This document shows positions 20,724-30,515 of a stretch of 64,000 bases of DNA, in pieces (within the stretch, counting starts at the first letter, position 1; every line of letters begins with the position of its first letter). The stretch covers positions 96,001 through 160,000 of the forward strand of contig CM000436.1 of NCBI GenBank assembly GCA_000165345.1, read 5' to 3'. The notes below the pieces were generated by a model. The model saw nothing but the letters and a program-made list of their open reading frames with translations, ran no database searches and was not told where the DNA came from. A program made the position numbers and the translations under genes.

Positions 20724-23495
20724 ATGCATAATTCAATGAATTTCCATGAAGAAATGGAATTGCGAAATAGCGAAAGTTTAAGAATAGAAAGCGACTTTGA
20801 AACATTTCAAGGACGTAAGAGTAGAACAGGGTATAACAGGTTTTTGAATGATGATGAGGTTGAAAACGTCGTACACATAAAAGATGTACCAATTTATATA
20901 AAATATAATTCAATTTCTTCAACATGTACTAGCACAGCCCCATCCACCCCAAACTCTCGTGAATTTGACCGTCTAGAAAATAATGCAAGACTTAATAACA
21001 ACATTGTAAATAATGAAAGTTTGCCGCTCCGTTCACAAGTTTCTCACTTTGGAAAGGTGGGAGAGGAAGGATTTTGTAATAATACAGGTAATAGTTTTGG
21101 TAGTTCATTATATAATAGAGGAGGAATTTTGGAGAGCTCGAATATGACTATGCAGTTTTTTAACTTCAGGATAGTTAAAAGAAGGCACTATTCAAGTTCC
21201 AGTAACTTATTAAAAAGTTTTAACAGAGTACATATAGAAATGACCAAGCCGAACGATTTTTCTTTCTTATTGAATAGCGATATTAATGATGGAAATGACT
21301 TTCTACACTTGAAATCAGAACAACGACTTTTGGTTGATTTTCAGGAATTTCCGGTGATGCTGGTTGATTTATTGAATAGGTCTAAGGGAAATGGGTTTTC
21401 TGAAAGCTATTTTGATGCAAGAGTGAATAATAAAGGCATAAATATAGAAAAGGAGACAGTATTTCCTGGTATAAATAGGTACGATCCTGGTAATTTACGG
21501 TCCAGCTTTTCTCCATCAGCAAGCGATAATTTGAACTCACTCAAGATTGTTTTGAACTTGAATATTTCAGAAGGAGGGATAGAGCAGTCATATTTAGGGG
21601 GGCTATCTTCAGGAGCAACTTTCAATTCTGCAGTATTAAGTCGGGTTGATTCATCTACATTGCATTTTGTGGAATTAAACCATTACAAGGAAATTGTTCA
21701 CTTATCACTTCCATTTGAGATGGCTAATGAAGCTTTCTTTAGGGACTATATTTTAAGACATTTGAATAATTATTTTGATTTGTCTAATAGACAACAGAAG
21801 ATAATTACTGGCTATGAGGCAGATCTAGAGTCATTAAGGAAGGAAATAGGACTACTTAATGAGAAACTTTCAAAGACTAATTATCTCTCAGCTCAGAATG
21901 AACGTGATATGTCTGAAAAGTTCCAAGCTGAGATTAAGAGAATTTTTGAAAGGTATGAAAACGATTACAATCAGATAAAAATGATTTATGAGGATACACA
22001 TAATAGAGAGTTGGAGCACTGGAACCAAGAAAGATTATCAAATGAAAAGAAAATTAAAGATTTGCAACAACAACTTGACGAACTTGGAAATGCATTTAAT
22101 GAGCTTAGTAAGTCAAAATCTAGCTTGGAAAGGTATATCAAGGATGACAAAGAAACTAATAATGGGCTTAAAGCTAAGCTGGAGGCAATTCAAAGCTCAT
22201 ATGACGTATTATCCAAGATAAAGGATGAGCAGGAACAAGAGTTGAACAACTTAAAGCTGGAGTATAACAGTTCTATTGAGGCCAATAAGACTCTGAGGGA
22301 CGAAATAGATAAAAAGAAAAAAGAAATTAGTGAGTTAGATACCGCATTAGACGATGCATGCAAAGAGATCGAGAAAGGAAATCAAATTATTTCAAGCCTT
22401 CAGACATCTTTGGGAAATGTAGATTCTAAGTATAAGCAACAAATGACAAGTTTTAGTAATCTAAAAAGGAGTTTTCAGCAAATTGAAAGCAAGAATAGGA
22501 ATTTTGAGGAACGGATTAAGGACTATGAACAATCATTGGATGATTCAAATAATCGTCAGGAACAGCTTATAGAGGAAAATGAGAGATTGAGGAAGATTTT
22601 AATCGAAGCTGAGAGACAAATTGAGGTAAATCAAAGCGTCATATCATCATTGAAGAGACAAATATCTATCAATGAATCGAATTTTTATGGCTTTGACCAC
22701 AATTTTAATGCTGGAATGTCCAGGAGTTACTCTAAATCTTATCAGGGTTTATATAATACTATAGGCTCAGGACAAAGTAATTTAGCTTCTCTGAGTGGGA
22801 CCCACTATTCACTCGGAAACTTGCAGCCAGCTATTGCTTCCGTTTCGGCATCTCGAAGTTCGTATCTCGGTACACAATCGATTAACTCTGTCAAACATAG
22901 AAAGAGATCAGAAGCTACATTTGATGCTAATTCCGTTAATAGAAAATATTCTATGTCTGTTCAGCCAAGAAGATCTCAGACTTGGACAATGGAAAGCGTA
23001 AATCATGAACCGAGATACACTAGTGAAGCTTTTGAAGTAAAAAATCAAAAGAGAAGTGCTGAGACATCGAGCTCAAGGGATCGCCAGAGGATTTCAAGCT
23101 CTTTATATTATCGTGATTTAAATGATGGAACCGGACATGGTGGAGGTAGCAATAATAAAAAGGCATTAGAGACTATAGATGAAAGAGCTTCTTCTATTTT
23201 CACTCCACCAAATAACAGGAAAAAATTAGAGGAAGCTGGAAAGAACAGAAATATTAATTCAAAGAATACTACTAAAGCTTATAAGGAAGGAGAGATTCTT
23301 AATATGGAAGGAACTACATCGTTTGATATTACTGATAAAACAGAAGTTGAAAGGAGCGATTACCACGAAATTGACGATATATTATTTCAACTGGAAGGAA
23401 CTGGAGATAGTTTTGAAAGATCAGCCAAAGATTTGACCACTCCAAGACTTAAAACTCCAATTAAGCCGGTAATATCTGACAACAATGGGAGCTAG
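20724..23495 (+). CDS. SAS6: SAS-6-like centriole/basal-body cartwheel protein, 923 aa, with N-terminal low-complexity extension and central coiled coil
   Basis: PISA-like head-domain motif LLVDFQEFPVMLVDLLN (compare SAS-6 LLVDFLAFPQKFIDLL) and NHYKEIVHLSLPF (compare NPFKHLTHLSLKL), followed by about 300 aa of coiled coil. An alternative start is the Met at MTMQFF. A TACCGGTA and GCATGCA promoter sits at 20182-20200. Confidence 0.7.
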   Translation: MHNSMNFHEEMELRNSESLRIESDFETFQGRKSRTGYNRFLNDDEVENVVHIKDVPIYIKYNSISSTCTSTAPSTPNSREFDRLENNARLNNNIVNNESLPLRSQVSHFGKVGEEGFCNNTGNSFGSSLYNRGGILESSNMTMQFFNFRIVKRRHYSSSSNLLKSFNRVHIEMTKPNDFSFLLNSDINDGNDFLHLKSEQRLLVDFQEFPVMLVDLLNRSKGNGFSESYFDARVNNKGINIEKETVFPGINRYDPGNLRSSFSPSASDNLNSLKIVLNLNISEGGIEQSYLGGLSSGATFNSAVLSRVDSSTLHFVELNHYKEIVHLSLPFEMANEAFFRDYILRHLNNYFDLSNRQQKIITGYEADLESLRKEIGLLNEKLSKTNYLSAQNERDMSEKFQAEIKRIFERYENDYNQIKMIYEDTHNRELEHWNQERLSNEKKIKDLQQQLDELGNAFNELSKSKSSLERYIKDDKETNNGLKAKLEAIQSSYDVLSKIKDEQEQELNNLKLEYNSSIEANKTLRDEIDKKKKEISELDTALDDACKEIEKGNQIISSLQTSLGNVDSKYKQQMTSFSNLKRSFQQIESKNRNFEERIKDYEQSLDDSNNRQEQLIEENERLRKILIEAERQIEVNQSVISSLKRQISINESNFYGFDHNFNAGMSRSYSKSYQGLYNTIGSGQSNLASLSGTHYSLGNLQPAIASVSASRSSYLGTQSINSVKHRKRSEATFDANSVNRKYSMSVQPRRSQTWTMESVNHEPRYTSEAFEVKNQKRSAETSSSRDRQRISSSLYYRDLNDGTGHGGGSNNKKALETIDERASSIFTPPNNRKKLEEAGKNRNINSKNTTKAYKEGEILNMEGTTSFDITDKTEVERSDYHEIDDILFQLEGTGDSFERSAKDLTTPRLKTPIKPVISDNNGS

Positions 23496-23943
23496 GAAGA
23501 TCGAGTATTTTCTATTCCATGAAAAATTTACAAGAAATTTTCTCTGTTTCCTTTTGCTGTCTCAATTCAATTTTGTGATGGTTAAAGTTAATTAGTTATT
23601 CATAACTCAAATTGAAAGATAAAAAAGAAGTTATTCAAAAATATATTCTATACATACAGGAAGCCATATTTATGTTAATGAATATCATTACACAGAGTAA
23701 TAACAGTATTATTATCCAAAAACTTCTACAAAACTAGCATATATTTCTTCTCTATGGTAAATGGATATAATTTTGGTACTAATCTATTATCTTGAGATAC
23801 AAATTATTATATAATTTATCATTTTTCCTTACTTTTTTGATTAGGAAAGAGAATCTAGGCAGCTATTAAGGAAATCTTGGATGATAATTACTCCTTTAAA
23901 ATTCAATGGTCTTGGTAAGAGATAATGGTAAAGCTTCCAATAT

Positions 23944-24387
23944 TTAACATTTTTCAGAGTAACGATGGAGTGCTGATAGAAGATCATCAGGGGAAATGGC
24001 ATTATCTCCATCACCATCTAAGTTAGTTAACATAGTTTTTAATTCTTCCTCACTCATTGAAAGACCAAGTCTGGAAGCACATGCTGAAAGATCCTCAAGA
24101 TCTATTGTTCCAGTCTTCTTGATATCAAGGCAACTAAAGATATTTACAGCATCTTCAACAGTGAATTTTTTTATCTCATTTCCACTGTTTACAAGACTTA
24201 CAAATCCTGCAAAATCTAGTTTACCTCCACACTCCTGAGTTAGTGAGTTTAGTCTTCCAATGACTGTGTTATCTAATGGAATATCCATACACGTAGCTGC
24301 AGCTCTTAAGAACCCAACATCTAACCCTGATTTACCATCAAGTAAATCAAAAACATCTCTCAATTCTCTAACTTCAGTACTGTCCAT
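23944..24387 (-). CDS. EF-hand (calmodulin-like or myosin-light-chain-like) protein, 147 aa
   Basis: Four degenerate EF-hand-like loops (DLLDGKSGLDVGFL, DIKKTGTIDLEDL, DGDGDNAISPDDL) and the size and acidic composition typical of calmodulin-family light chains. They are not canonical Ca-binding loops. Confidence 0.6.
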   Translation of the reverse strand: MDSTEVRELRDVFDLLDGKSGLDVGFLRAAATCMDIPLDNTVIGRLNSLTQECGGKLDFAGFVSLVNSGNEIKKFTVEDAVNIFSCLDIKKTGTIDLEDLSACASRLGLSMSEEELKTMLTNLDGDGDNAISPDDLLSALHRYSEKC

Positions 24388-24742
24388 TTTTTTTAAAATA
24401 AAATCAAACTGCCAATATTAGTATTAGTTTTCCTTGGATAAAGCCAAATAAAAGAAAATTAATAAAGCTCTGATATATAATTACTCTTTTTTTTTTTTTT
24501 TAAATCTTTACAAATACAACTTCCTTTATAATCTATTTATTACCTTGGCTTAAACAAATACAACAAATCTCGTCAGAAAATAATAATTCGCTTCCACTAT
24601 ATTCGTATTTTATTATTCTCCCTTCCCCTTTGCTCCTCTTTAATACTAAGCTTATATCTGAGATGCTTATATTTATACTTTCTCTTATTTTCCATGTATT
24701 GCCGTTTACATGTCTAATATTATGCACACTTTAATGATGCAA

Positions 24743-24790
24743 ATGTGGCGGCAAAAATGCCCGCCAGACATGCCATATGGCGGTAATGGT
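24743..24790. promoter_or_regulatory. Bidirectional promoter with three E2F-like boxes (ATGTGGCGGCAAAAA, GCCCGCCAGAC, ATATGGCGGTAATGG)
   Basis: Lies between the divergent EF-hand gene (start 24387, -) and the two-exon gene (start 24858, +). Read directly. Confidence 0.45.
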
Positions 24791-24857
24791 GGGGAATTGT
24801 GTAAAAGATTAAAAGAGCTAATTTAGTAGAGAATATAAAGGATGGAAAAGAGGGATT

Positions 24858-25636
24858 ATGTTAGGTAGAGGAGAGGACAATGTGAATGATAGAGACAGTA
24901 ATAGTTTGGAAGATAGTGTGAACGGTTTAGTGGAGGATGAATTGGCAGAGATGATATTGCTGCAGGAAGTGTATGATTTAAGGTTGGAGAAAAAGAAAAT
25001 TAGAGTTGCTGGAATTGTAAAATCCGTGGACTTGATTGAGCAGGAGATTGCGATATTCTACGAGTCCAGAAGCTTAAGAGTGAGTTTGAGGTATGGATTT
25101 TAACTTATAAAGTGCATGGTTTTGGTGAAGGAAAGTAAATATATAGATAATAATTATTGAAAAAAAAAGAAATTAAAAGAAGGGGAGGAGCCATCGTAGT
25201 CAGGTGTGTAATAAGGATAAAAATAACCAATAACACGAGCAATGCTGGCGCCTTTACACGTCATTTCAATGTTTTTAGGTTTTAAACATTGTTTTACCAA
25301 AATCATGTATCATTTCCATAGAGAAAAAAAACTTTTTTTCTTCGAGTAGAAATGATTACTAGATTAATTATCTAACTTTAATATTAATTTATTTTTAGGA
25401 ACTTGAAAAAACCAAGGATTCAAAGCATAGAAAAAGGAAGTAAGGTGGAAGTTATAGGTTACATAATAAATCAGGAAGATTTCAATACATGCGAACTGAA
25501 AGAAAGCAAAACTAAGGGGAATTTGGTTATGATCGCTCAAGTAATAAGAAATATTGATGAAACTAATTTATATTTCCATCAATTAAGTATTATTTTACGT
25601 AGAAAAATACTAAATTCCGTGAATATTATATATTAA
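24858..25636 (+). CDS. Hypothetical small protein, possibly OB-fold-like; proposed two-exon gene join(24858..25090,25399..25636), about 157 aa
   Basis: Two adjacent small ORFs of 81 and 77 aa in compatible phase. A GTATGG donor at 25091 and a ttatttttAG acceptor at 25397-25398 rebuild an AGG codon across the junction. The polypyrimidine acceptor sits immediately before the second ORF. Beta-strand-rich stretches (KIRVAGIVKSVD, GSKVEVIGYIIN). The splice model is unverified. Confidence 0.4.
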
Positions 25637-25941
25637 AGGGTTATAATTTAATTAATTTTATTTTCTAATTGGTTTTTTTTTGCATAGCTTGTATCATATA
25701 TTAAATTATCAATAATAAATGGGTGTCTGCTAATTGATTCAATCCATTCAATCCATCTAAATAGGTAAAGAAAAAAGAGTTAATTTCAAAGTCAGATTTT
25801 GTTCAATTTTTTTTTTTATTAAATAATTTATGTAATCGTAATTATTATTGAATTACGTGTTTTTTGCATGCATGCAAAAAATAACGGTAATTAAATAAAT
25901 TATTAAAAAAAAAAATTGGTATTAGTGATCCCAAAGTAAAC

Positions 25942-27447
25942 TTACTTGTTATAGTTTTCTTCTGAAATAGTTGAATAGATTTTGGAGTAGATTGAGTTAA
26001 CTTTAAAAGATTCCATTTCTTTAACAAAATGGCAATCCTTAATATGAAATGAGAGAAATTGAATTGCAAAATCAGTTTGATCAGTGGAAATGCTTCTTTT
26101 TGTATTATATGAGTTATAAAAAACTCTATCTAGAAGAAGTCCTTGGCTTGGAGCTAAATGAATGGAAAATTTATCGGGTAAAAAACAAAGTTGAATTCCA
26201 TTGCTTGGAGCTGTTCCTCTAAAAATTTCTATAGCTAATGCTACCATTTTTCTTATTTGGTGCAATAGAAATGACTGGCCTTTAATTATAATCTTAATAA
26301 GGTTAATTTCCCCTTTAATTTCGTTTTGACTAACTTTTACTACTTTAATTTCTTCAATATGCCTCCAAGAAGTGGAATCTTCATAACTTGATTTTGATGT
26401 AAAATTATGAAAACTATGTGTACCAATATATTCATTCAAAATTGATTGAAATCTCTTTAAATCTTCATCTGATAAACTGAATCTCCTTTTTGGGTCTAAA
26501 TAATCCTCAATTTTATAATTTACCAACCTGTAATCATTTCCAAAACCATAGTTGTTGAGTCTATTAGTTTGATGAAATTCAAACTGTTTCATCCTCTCTC
26601 CTTTTTCATCATCCTCATCATCTTCTTCTCTTTCAACTTCTTCTTCGATTTCATTGACTTCAGGGTTATGGTTTAAACTTGTATTGATAGTTTCTCTTTT
26701 TCTTTTTTTACTTGCATTCTTTAATTCATTTAATCCTTTCTCAAATCTAGATAAGCTTGCTTTGTTAAGCTCTTCTTTGAAATCATCATTGTTAATATTT
26801 ACATGTTTAAGAAGAAATTCAGGCATTAAGTATTCGTATTGTCTTCTAGAACAATCTGTTCTGGCATCAAAATTCTTTGTTACTCTAAAAATCTTAAAAA
26901 CCTTAATTTTTGTTGATTCTAAAAGTTCATTGAGTTTAGTTACTATATAATCAAGAATCAATAATTCATCCAAAAATTCATCCAAATTATTTTTTAAAAC
27001 TAATGAAGCTCCTCCTAATAGAGGATTTATACTCTGAATTTTATCTACTCCATTCTTATTTAAAATATCTCTCTCTTCTTTAAGTCTTTTACAGATTTCT
27101 ATTATTTTTTCATCAACATCCTTATTCTTTAAAATAAGTTCTAACTCGTCATTTATTTTAATTTTAGCTCTAAAAGATACTACTTGACAAACTGAATGTA
27201 CCCCTTTATCAGTTCGCCCAACTCTAGACCACTTAATCTTCTTTAATAATCCTCCTTGATCATCATTTTGTTCATTACTTAAAAAAAACATACCAAGCTT
27301 CTCTAAACAATCTTCCATTTCTCCTTCAATAGTTCTCAATTCTTCTACCTTTTTATTATTTCTCATTTGAATCTGCATCCCATGATAATCTGATCCATCA
27401 TATCCAAAGGACATGCAATATGTTTTCATAGGGATTACCTCTTTCAT
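25942..27447 (-). CDS. tRNA pseudouridine synthase (TruA/Pus1-3 family), 501 aa
   Basis: N-terminus YCMSFGYDGSDYHGMQIQ and catalytic-Asp motif GRTDKGVHS, both TruA hallmarks. Acidic low-complexity insert. An alternative start is the Met at 27429. Confidence 0.8.
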   Translation of the reverse strand: MKEVIPMKTYCMSFGYDGSDYHGMQIQMRNNKKVEELRTIEGEMEDCLEKLGMFFLSNEQNDDQGGLLKKIKWSRVGRTDKGVHSVCQVVSFRAKIKINDELELILKNKDVDEKIIEICKRLKEERDILNKNGVDKIQSINPLLGGASLVLKNNLDEFLDELLILDYIVTKLNELLESTKIKVFKIFRVTKNFDARTDCSRRQYEYLMPEFLLKHVNINNDDFKEELNKASLSRFEKGLNELKNASKKRKRETINTSLNHNPEVNEIEEEVEREEDDEDDEKGERMKQFEFHQTNRLNNYGFGNDYRLVNYKIEDYLDPKRRFSLSDEDLKRFQSILNEYIGTHSFHNFTSKSSYEDSTSWRHIEEIKVVKVSQNEIKGEINLIKIIIKGQSFLLHQIRKMVALAIEIFRGTAPSNGIQLCFLPDKFSIHLAPSQGLLLDRVFYNSYNTKRSISTDQTDFAIQFLSFHIKDCHFVKEMESFKVNSIYSKIYSTISEENYNK

Positions 27448-27651
27448 CTTAATTTTTCAATTTTTTTCCTTTTAACTTATAATAAAAAAAACCTATCTAA
27501 TTATCTAAAACATTTATTATATTAGAAATAGTAATCAAATGAAATCAGAAAAACTTTTTTTAATCTTGAAATATCACTTTAAATTCAAAACCTTAGATTA
27601 CTAATATTTTCCTCCATCTAATTATATTTTTTGATACTTAGAAAAGTCTAG

Positions 27652-27671
27652 ACTAGTTACCGGTAACTAGT
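27652..27671. promoter_or_regulatory. Perfect 20-bp palindrome ACTAGTTACCGGTAACTAGT centred on the TTACCGGTAA core, in the Pus promoter region
   Basis: Read directly; the reverse complement is identical. Further ATACCGG and E2F-like (TTACCGCCTAAAC, 27778-27790) and GCATGCA (27803-27814) boxes lie nearby. Confidence 0.45.
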
Positions 27672-27885
27672 TTTTTTTATTAAAAAATTACTTTTAATAT
27701 TCTTCATAACCAAAAATTATTTTATACTTAAATATTTTAAATAATTAATGCCGGTATAGAAAGTAGTTTTTTCTAATTTACCGCCTAAACTGAATTTTTT
27801 TAATGCATGCAAGTACAATAATTAAATTATTAAAAGTGTTGAATTTTCTTTTTAAATTATATTAAGAAACTTTTTGACTTTAGAA

Positions 27886-28989
27886 CTATTCATCGTCATC
27901 ATCAATATTTGAAGCTGAGCTTTGACCATTGTTACCAGCTCTTCCGCCTCTAGTCATTTTCTTTACGATGAATGCTAATTTAGATATATTACTATTGAGT
28001 CTCTTGATTACATCCTTTCTTTTTTTATTTTTTGAAATCAATTTACTAACTTTAGCTTCCAAAGCAGATAATCTGGTCTCAACATCTCCTCCAATTACAT
28101 CTCCAGTACCTGCGCCGCCAGTACCACCAGCACCACCAGCACCACCGGTGTTGTTATATAAGTTAATTAAGGTCAATCTTGGATTTCCATTCTTCCTTGC
28201 TTGTTTAAGTTGTTTTTTAAGCTCTTTTACTTTTTTCTTCGCATCTTTCTTGTTCATACCAGATGAAGTCATCATTTTAATTAATTCTTTTTCATCTTTT
28301 TTGTCTTGTTTCTTTTGTTTCTTTTTCTCTTCTTTCGTTAGTTCTGCTGTAGATGCAGCTCCAGCGGTTACATCAGTAATAGAGTCAGATGCGTCTTGAA
28401 TTCCTGAATTTGAGTCTGTATCAGAATTAGCATTAGCGGCCCCACTACCACTAAAACCTCCAGAATTATTAAATAATTGCATTAGTGTTAATTGAGGATT
28501 ATTCTTTCTTTCAGCCTTAAGTTGTTTCTTTAGCTCTTTTAGCTTCTTACTAACTTCTTTTGAAGGTACATTATCTTTCTTTCCCAAATTTTTAATTTCC
28601 CTTTCATCCTCTTTATCTTTTTTCTTCATTTCCTTAGCTTGAGCTTTTGCTGAGGCCTTTTCTTGTTTCTTCTTTTCTTTTTCTTGTTTCTTCCTTTCCT
28701 TCTCTTCCTTCTTTTTTCTTTTTTTTTCTTCTTTGTTTTTACTTTTAGATTTTTTCTTTTTTGAAAGTTGAACAAGTGAAACATTTTCAAAGACAATACC
28801 AGTTTGTTTTTCTTCTAAAAAGAAGGAAAACCCAGGTTTTCTTTCAAACAATTCTGATCGAAAGAATTCATCTACTAAGAATGAACAGCTTTTTCTTAAA
28901 TGGTGGCTTTCTTCTCCACTAAATAAAACAATAGCACTCAAACTTAATAGTGAGTAACCATAGAAAAGGAGTTTTTTTATTTTACTCAT
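27886..28989 (-). CDS. Secreted Lys/Glu-rich repeat protein with Gly-rich segments, 367 aa from ATG 28989
   Basis: N-terminal signal-peptide-like MSKIKKLLFYGYSLLSLSAIVLFSG. Two internally duplicated modules of about 70 aa (…KKLKELKKQLKAERKNNPQLTLMQLFNNSGG… and …KKVKELKKQLKQARKNGNPRLTLINLYNNTGGAGGAGG…). Acidic DDDDE tail. The ORF track starts at an upstream TTG. Confidence 0.6.
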   Translation of the reverse strand: MSKIKKLLFYGYSLLSLSAIVLFSGEESHHLRKSCSFLVDEFFRSELFERKPGFSFFLEEKQTGIVFENVSLVQLSKKKKSKSKNKEEKKRKKKEEKERKKQEKEKKKQEKASAKAQAKEMKKKDKEDEREIKNLGKKDNVPSKEVSKKLKELKKQLKAERKNNPQLTLMQLFNNSGGFSGSGAANANSDTDSNSGIQDASDSITDVTAGAASTAELTKEEKKKQKKQDKKDEKELIKMMTSSGMNKKDAKKKVKELKKQLKQARKNGNPRLTLINLYNNTGGAGGAGGTGGAGTGDVIGGDVETRLSALEAKVSKLISKNKKRKDVIKRLNSNISKLAFIVKKMTRGGRAGNNGQSSASNIDDDDE

Positions 28990-29157
28990 CCTCCAATTGA
29001 TTTGTTCTCGTCTCTTTCTGAACTTACTCAGCAACTTATACCTTATATATGCATATATTATTTTTGTTTATAAGTATTTTTAAATATATCCAATTATCAA
29101 TAAAATATTCCTCATATTTGCACCTGTGCATGCATTCATAATAATGTGTGACTATTT

Positions 29158-29172
29158 TGATTGGCGCCAACC
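29158..29172. promoter_or_regulatory. E2F-like palindromic box GATTGGCGCCAACCC, about 170 bp upstream of the secreted K/E-rich gene
   Basis: TTGGCGCCAA palindrome read directly. A GCATGCA box sits at 29126-29138. Confidence 0.4.
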
Positions 29173-30066
29173 CATTAGTAATATTAAATTTAAAGATTTT
29201 TAAAGTGAAAAGAAGATATTTTTGAGTTCTAAAGCAATGGAATTTGTTATATAGTTTTACTGAAATGGAAACAGATTGATTGTTTTTTTCTACTTTTTTC
29301 CCCATTCTATCTTTCTTTCATAATAAATTCCAATAAAATACATTGCTAATAGTTAGTTTGTTATATAGAAAAAATTTTTGAATTTATTTGGGGTTTAAAT
29401 TAGAAAAACAAAGATAAATTAAATAATTTTTTGAGTAATCTTTGAAAATTTATTCCAATTCTAATTCTAACTAAATAAAAACTCGTAATTTTTTTTAGAT
29501 TTAAATAAGCTTAAATGTAGAATTAACTTCTAATAGATTTTTGTCATCTAAATTATCAATCAGCTCATATTTCAGTCAAAATTTTTTTTATATTATTGAT
29601 TTATTTTATCCCACATATCATACTTTATTAATAAAAATGATGAAAGATGCACTCACAATTATTTTCAACAATAATGAATATAAAAACCTAGTTAGAAAGT
29701 AAGTGTAATTTCTTCCACTTAATCTTAATCAGTTACGTTTTATTTAATATCTTGTATACCATTAAAATATAAATAACCAAATTAAATAACGTTGGTTTGA
29801 AGTGTTTGCCGCCATTTGTGTGCATTGTATTAAAATAAATAATAAAATAAGATGCGTGTAAAAATATTTGTGGGTTAGAATTGAAATAATTAATATTTGT
29901 GTAGAATTTAAATTAAAATAATACTTTTTGGTATGAGGTGAAGTGGTTTGATAATCATATAATTTATTATTTAGAAACAACCTTAAAAGCCAATTTGATA
30001 TTTAGCCGGAAATATTTTCATTACTTAGTCAAGTCAATTTGACATTAACAAAGTATATTTTCATTG

Positions 30067-30087
30067 ATATATATATATATATATATA
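30067..30087. repeat. (AT)10 microsatellite or TATA-like tract immediately upstream of ATG 30095
   Basis: Read directly. Confidence 0.8.
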
Positions 30088-30515
30088 AAGAAAAATGTCA
30101 GCTGCTGAAGTAAGTTTTGACTACAGGTATACTTGAAGTTTTTTTTTATATTTTTTTTAATTAAAAAAAATATTCAATAGCTCTGTTTCCTTCTTTAGGT
30201 GAGAATAAGAAAGAAACAAAAGCAATAATTCATTTTTTGAATTTTCGAAAATTTATAAATTACTTCAAGTATCCCTTCCTTGCCGTGTTTTCTATTTAAA
30301 CTCAAATACTCATCTTAAACTGCTAGATTGAAAACTGTGCCAACATTCTTGATTGTGAAAAAAAAAATCAATATGATTTAAAACTATCCCATAGAATTCT
30401 AATTTTGGCGGGTGTTTTTGTTAGGTAAGTTTATCGCATGTATTACTTATTAAAGAAGTAAATTAAACAAAATATTTGATTTATAAAATCTAGTGAAGAT
30501 AAAGTACAAGAGTAT

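Noticed and set aside
25081-25086. Stronger-looking GTGAGT donor at 25080 for the two-exon gene
   Set aside because: Using it leaves phase 0, and the only available acceptor (25397-25398) then yields an immediate in-frame stop (GGA ACT TGA). The GTATGG donor at 25091 is the only combination that keeps the frame.
25866-25877. TGCATGCATGCA palindromes at 25866-25877 and 55410-55431 as promoter elements
   Set aside because: Both lie between convergent 3' ends (2-exon gene/Pus, and hydrolase 2/RFC1), not upstream of any gene. GCATGCA may act in 3' regions or on antisense transcripts here, so they are not called promoters.
30095-30109. ATG 30095 (MSAAE) as the start of the EF-hand gene, with intron 30110-30493
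   Set aside because: Phase mismatch: the exon ends in phase 0, but exon 30494 needs two carried-over bases. The ATG only works if the exon is extended to 30126 with the weak GTATAC donor. It is kept as an alternative in the findings, not as the primary model.
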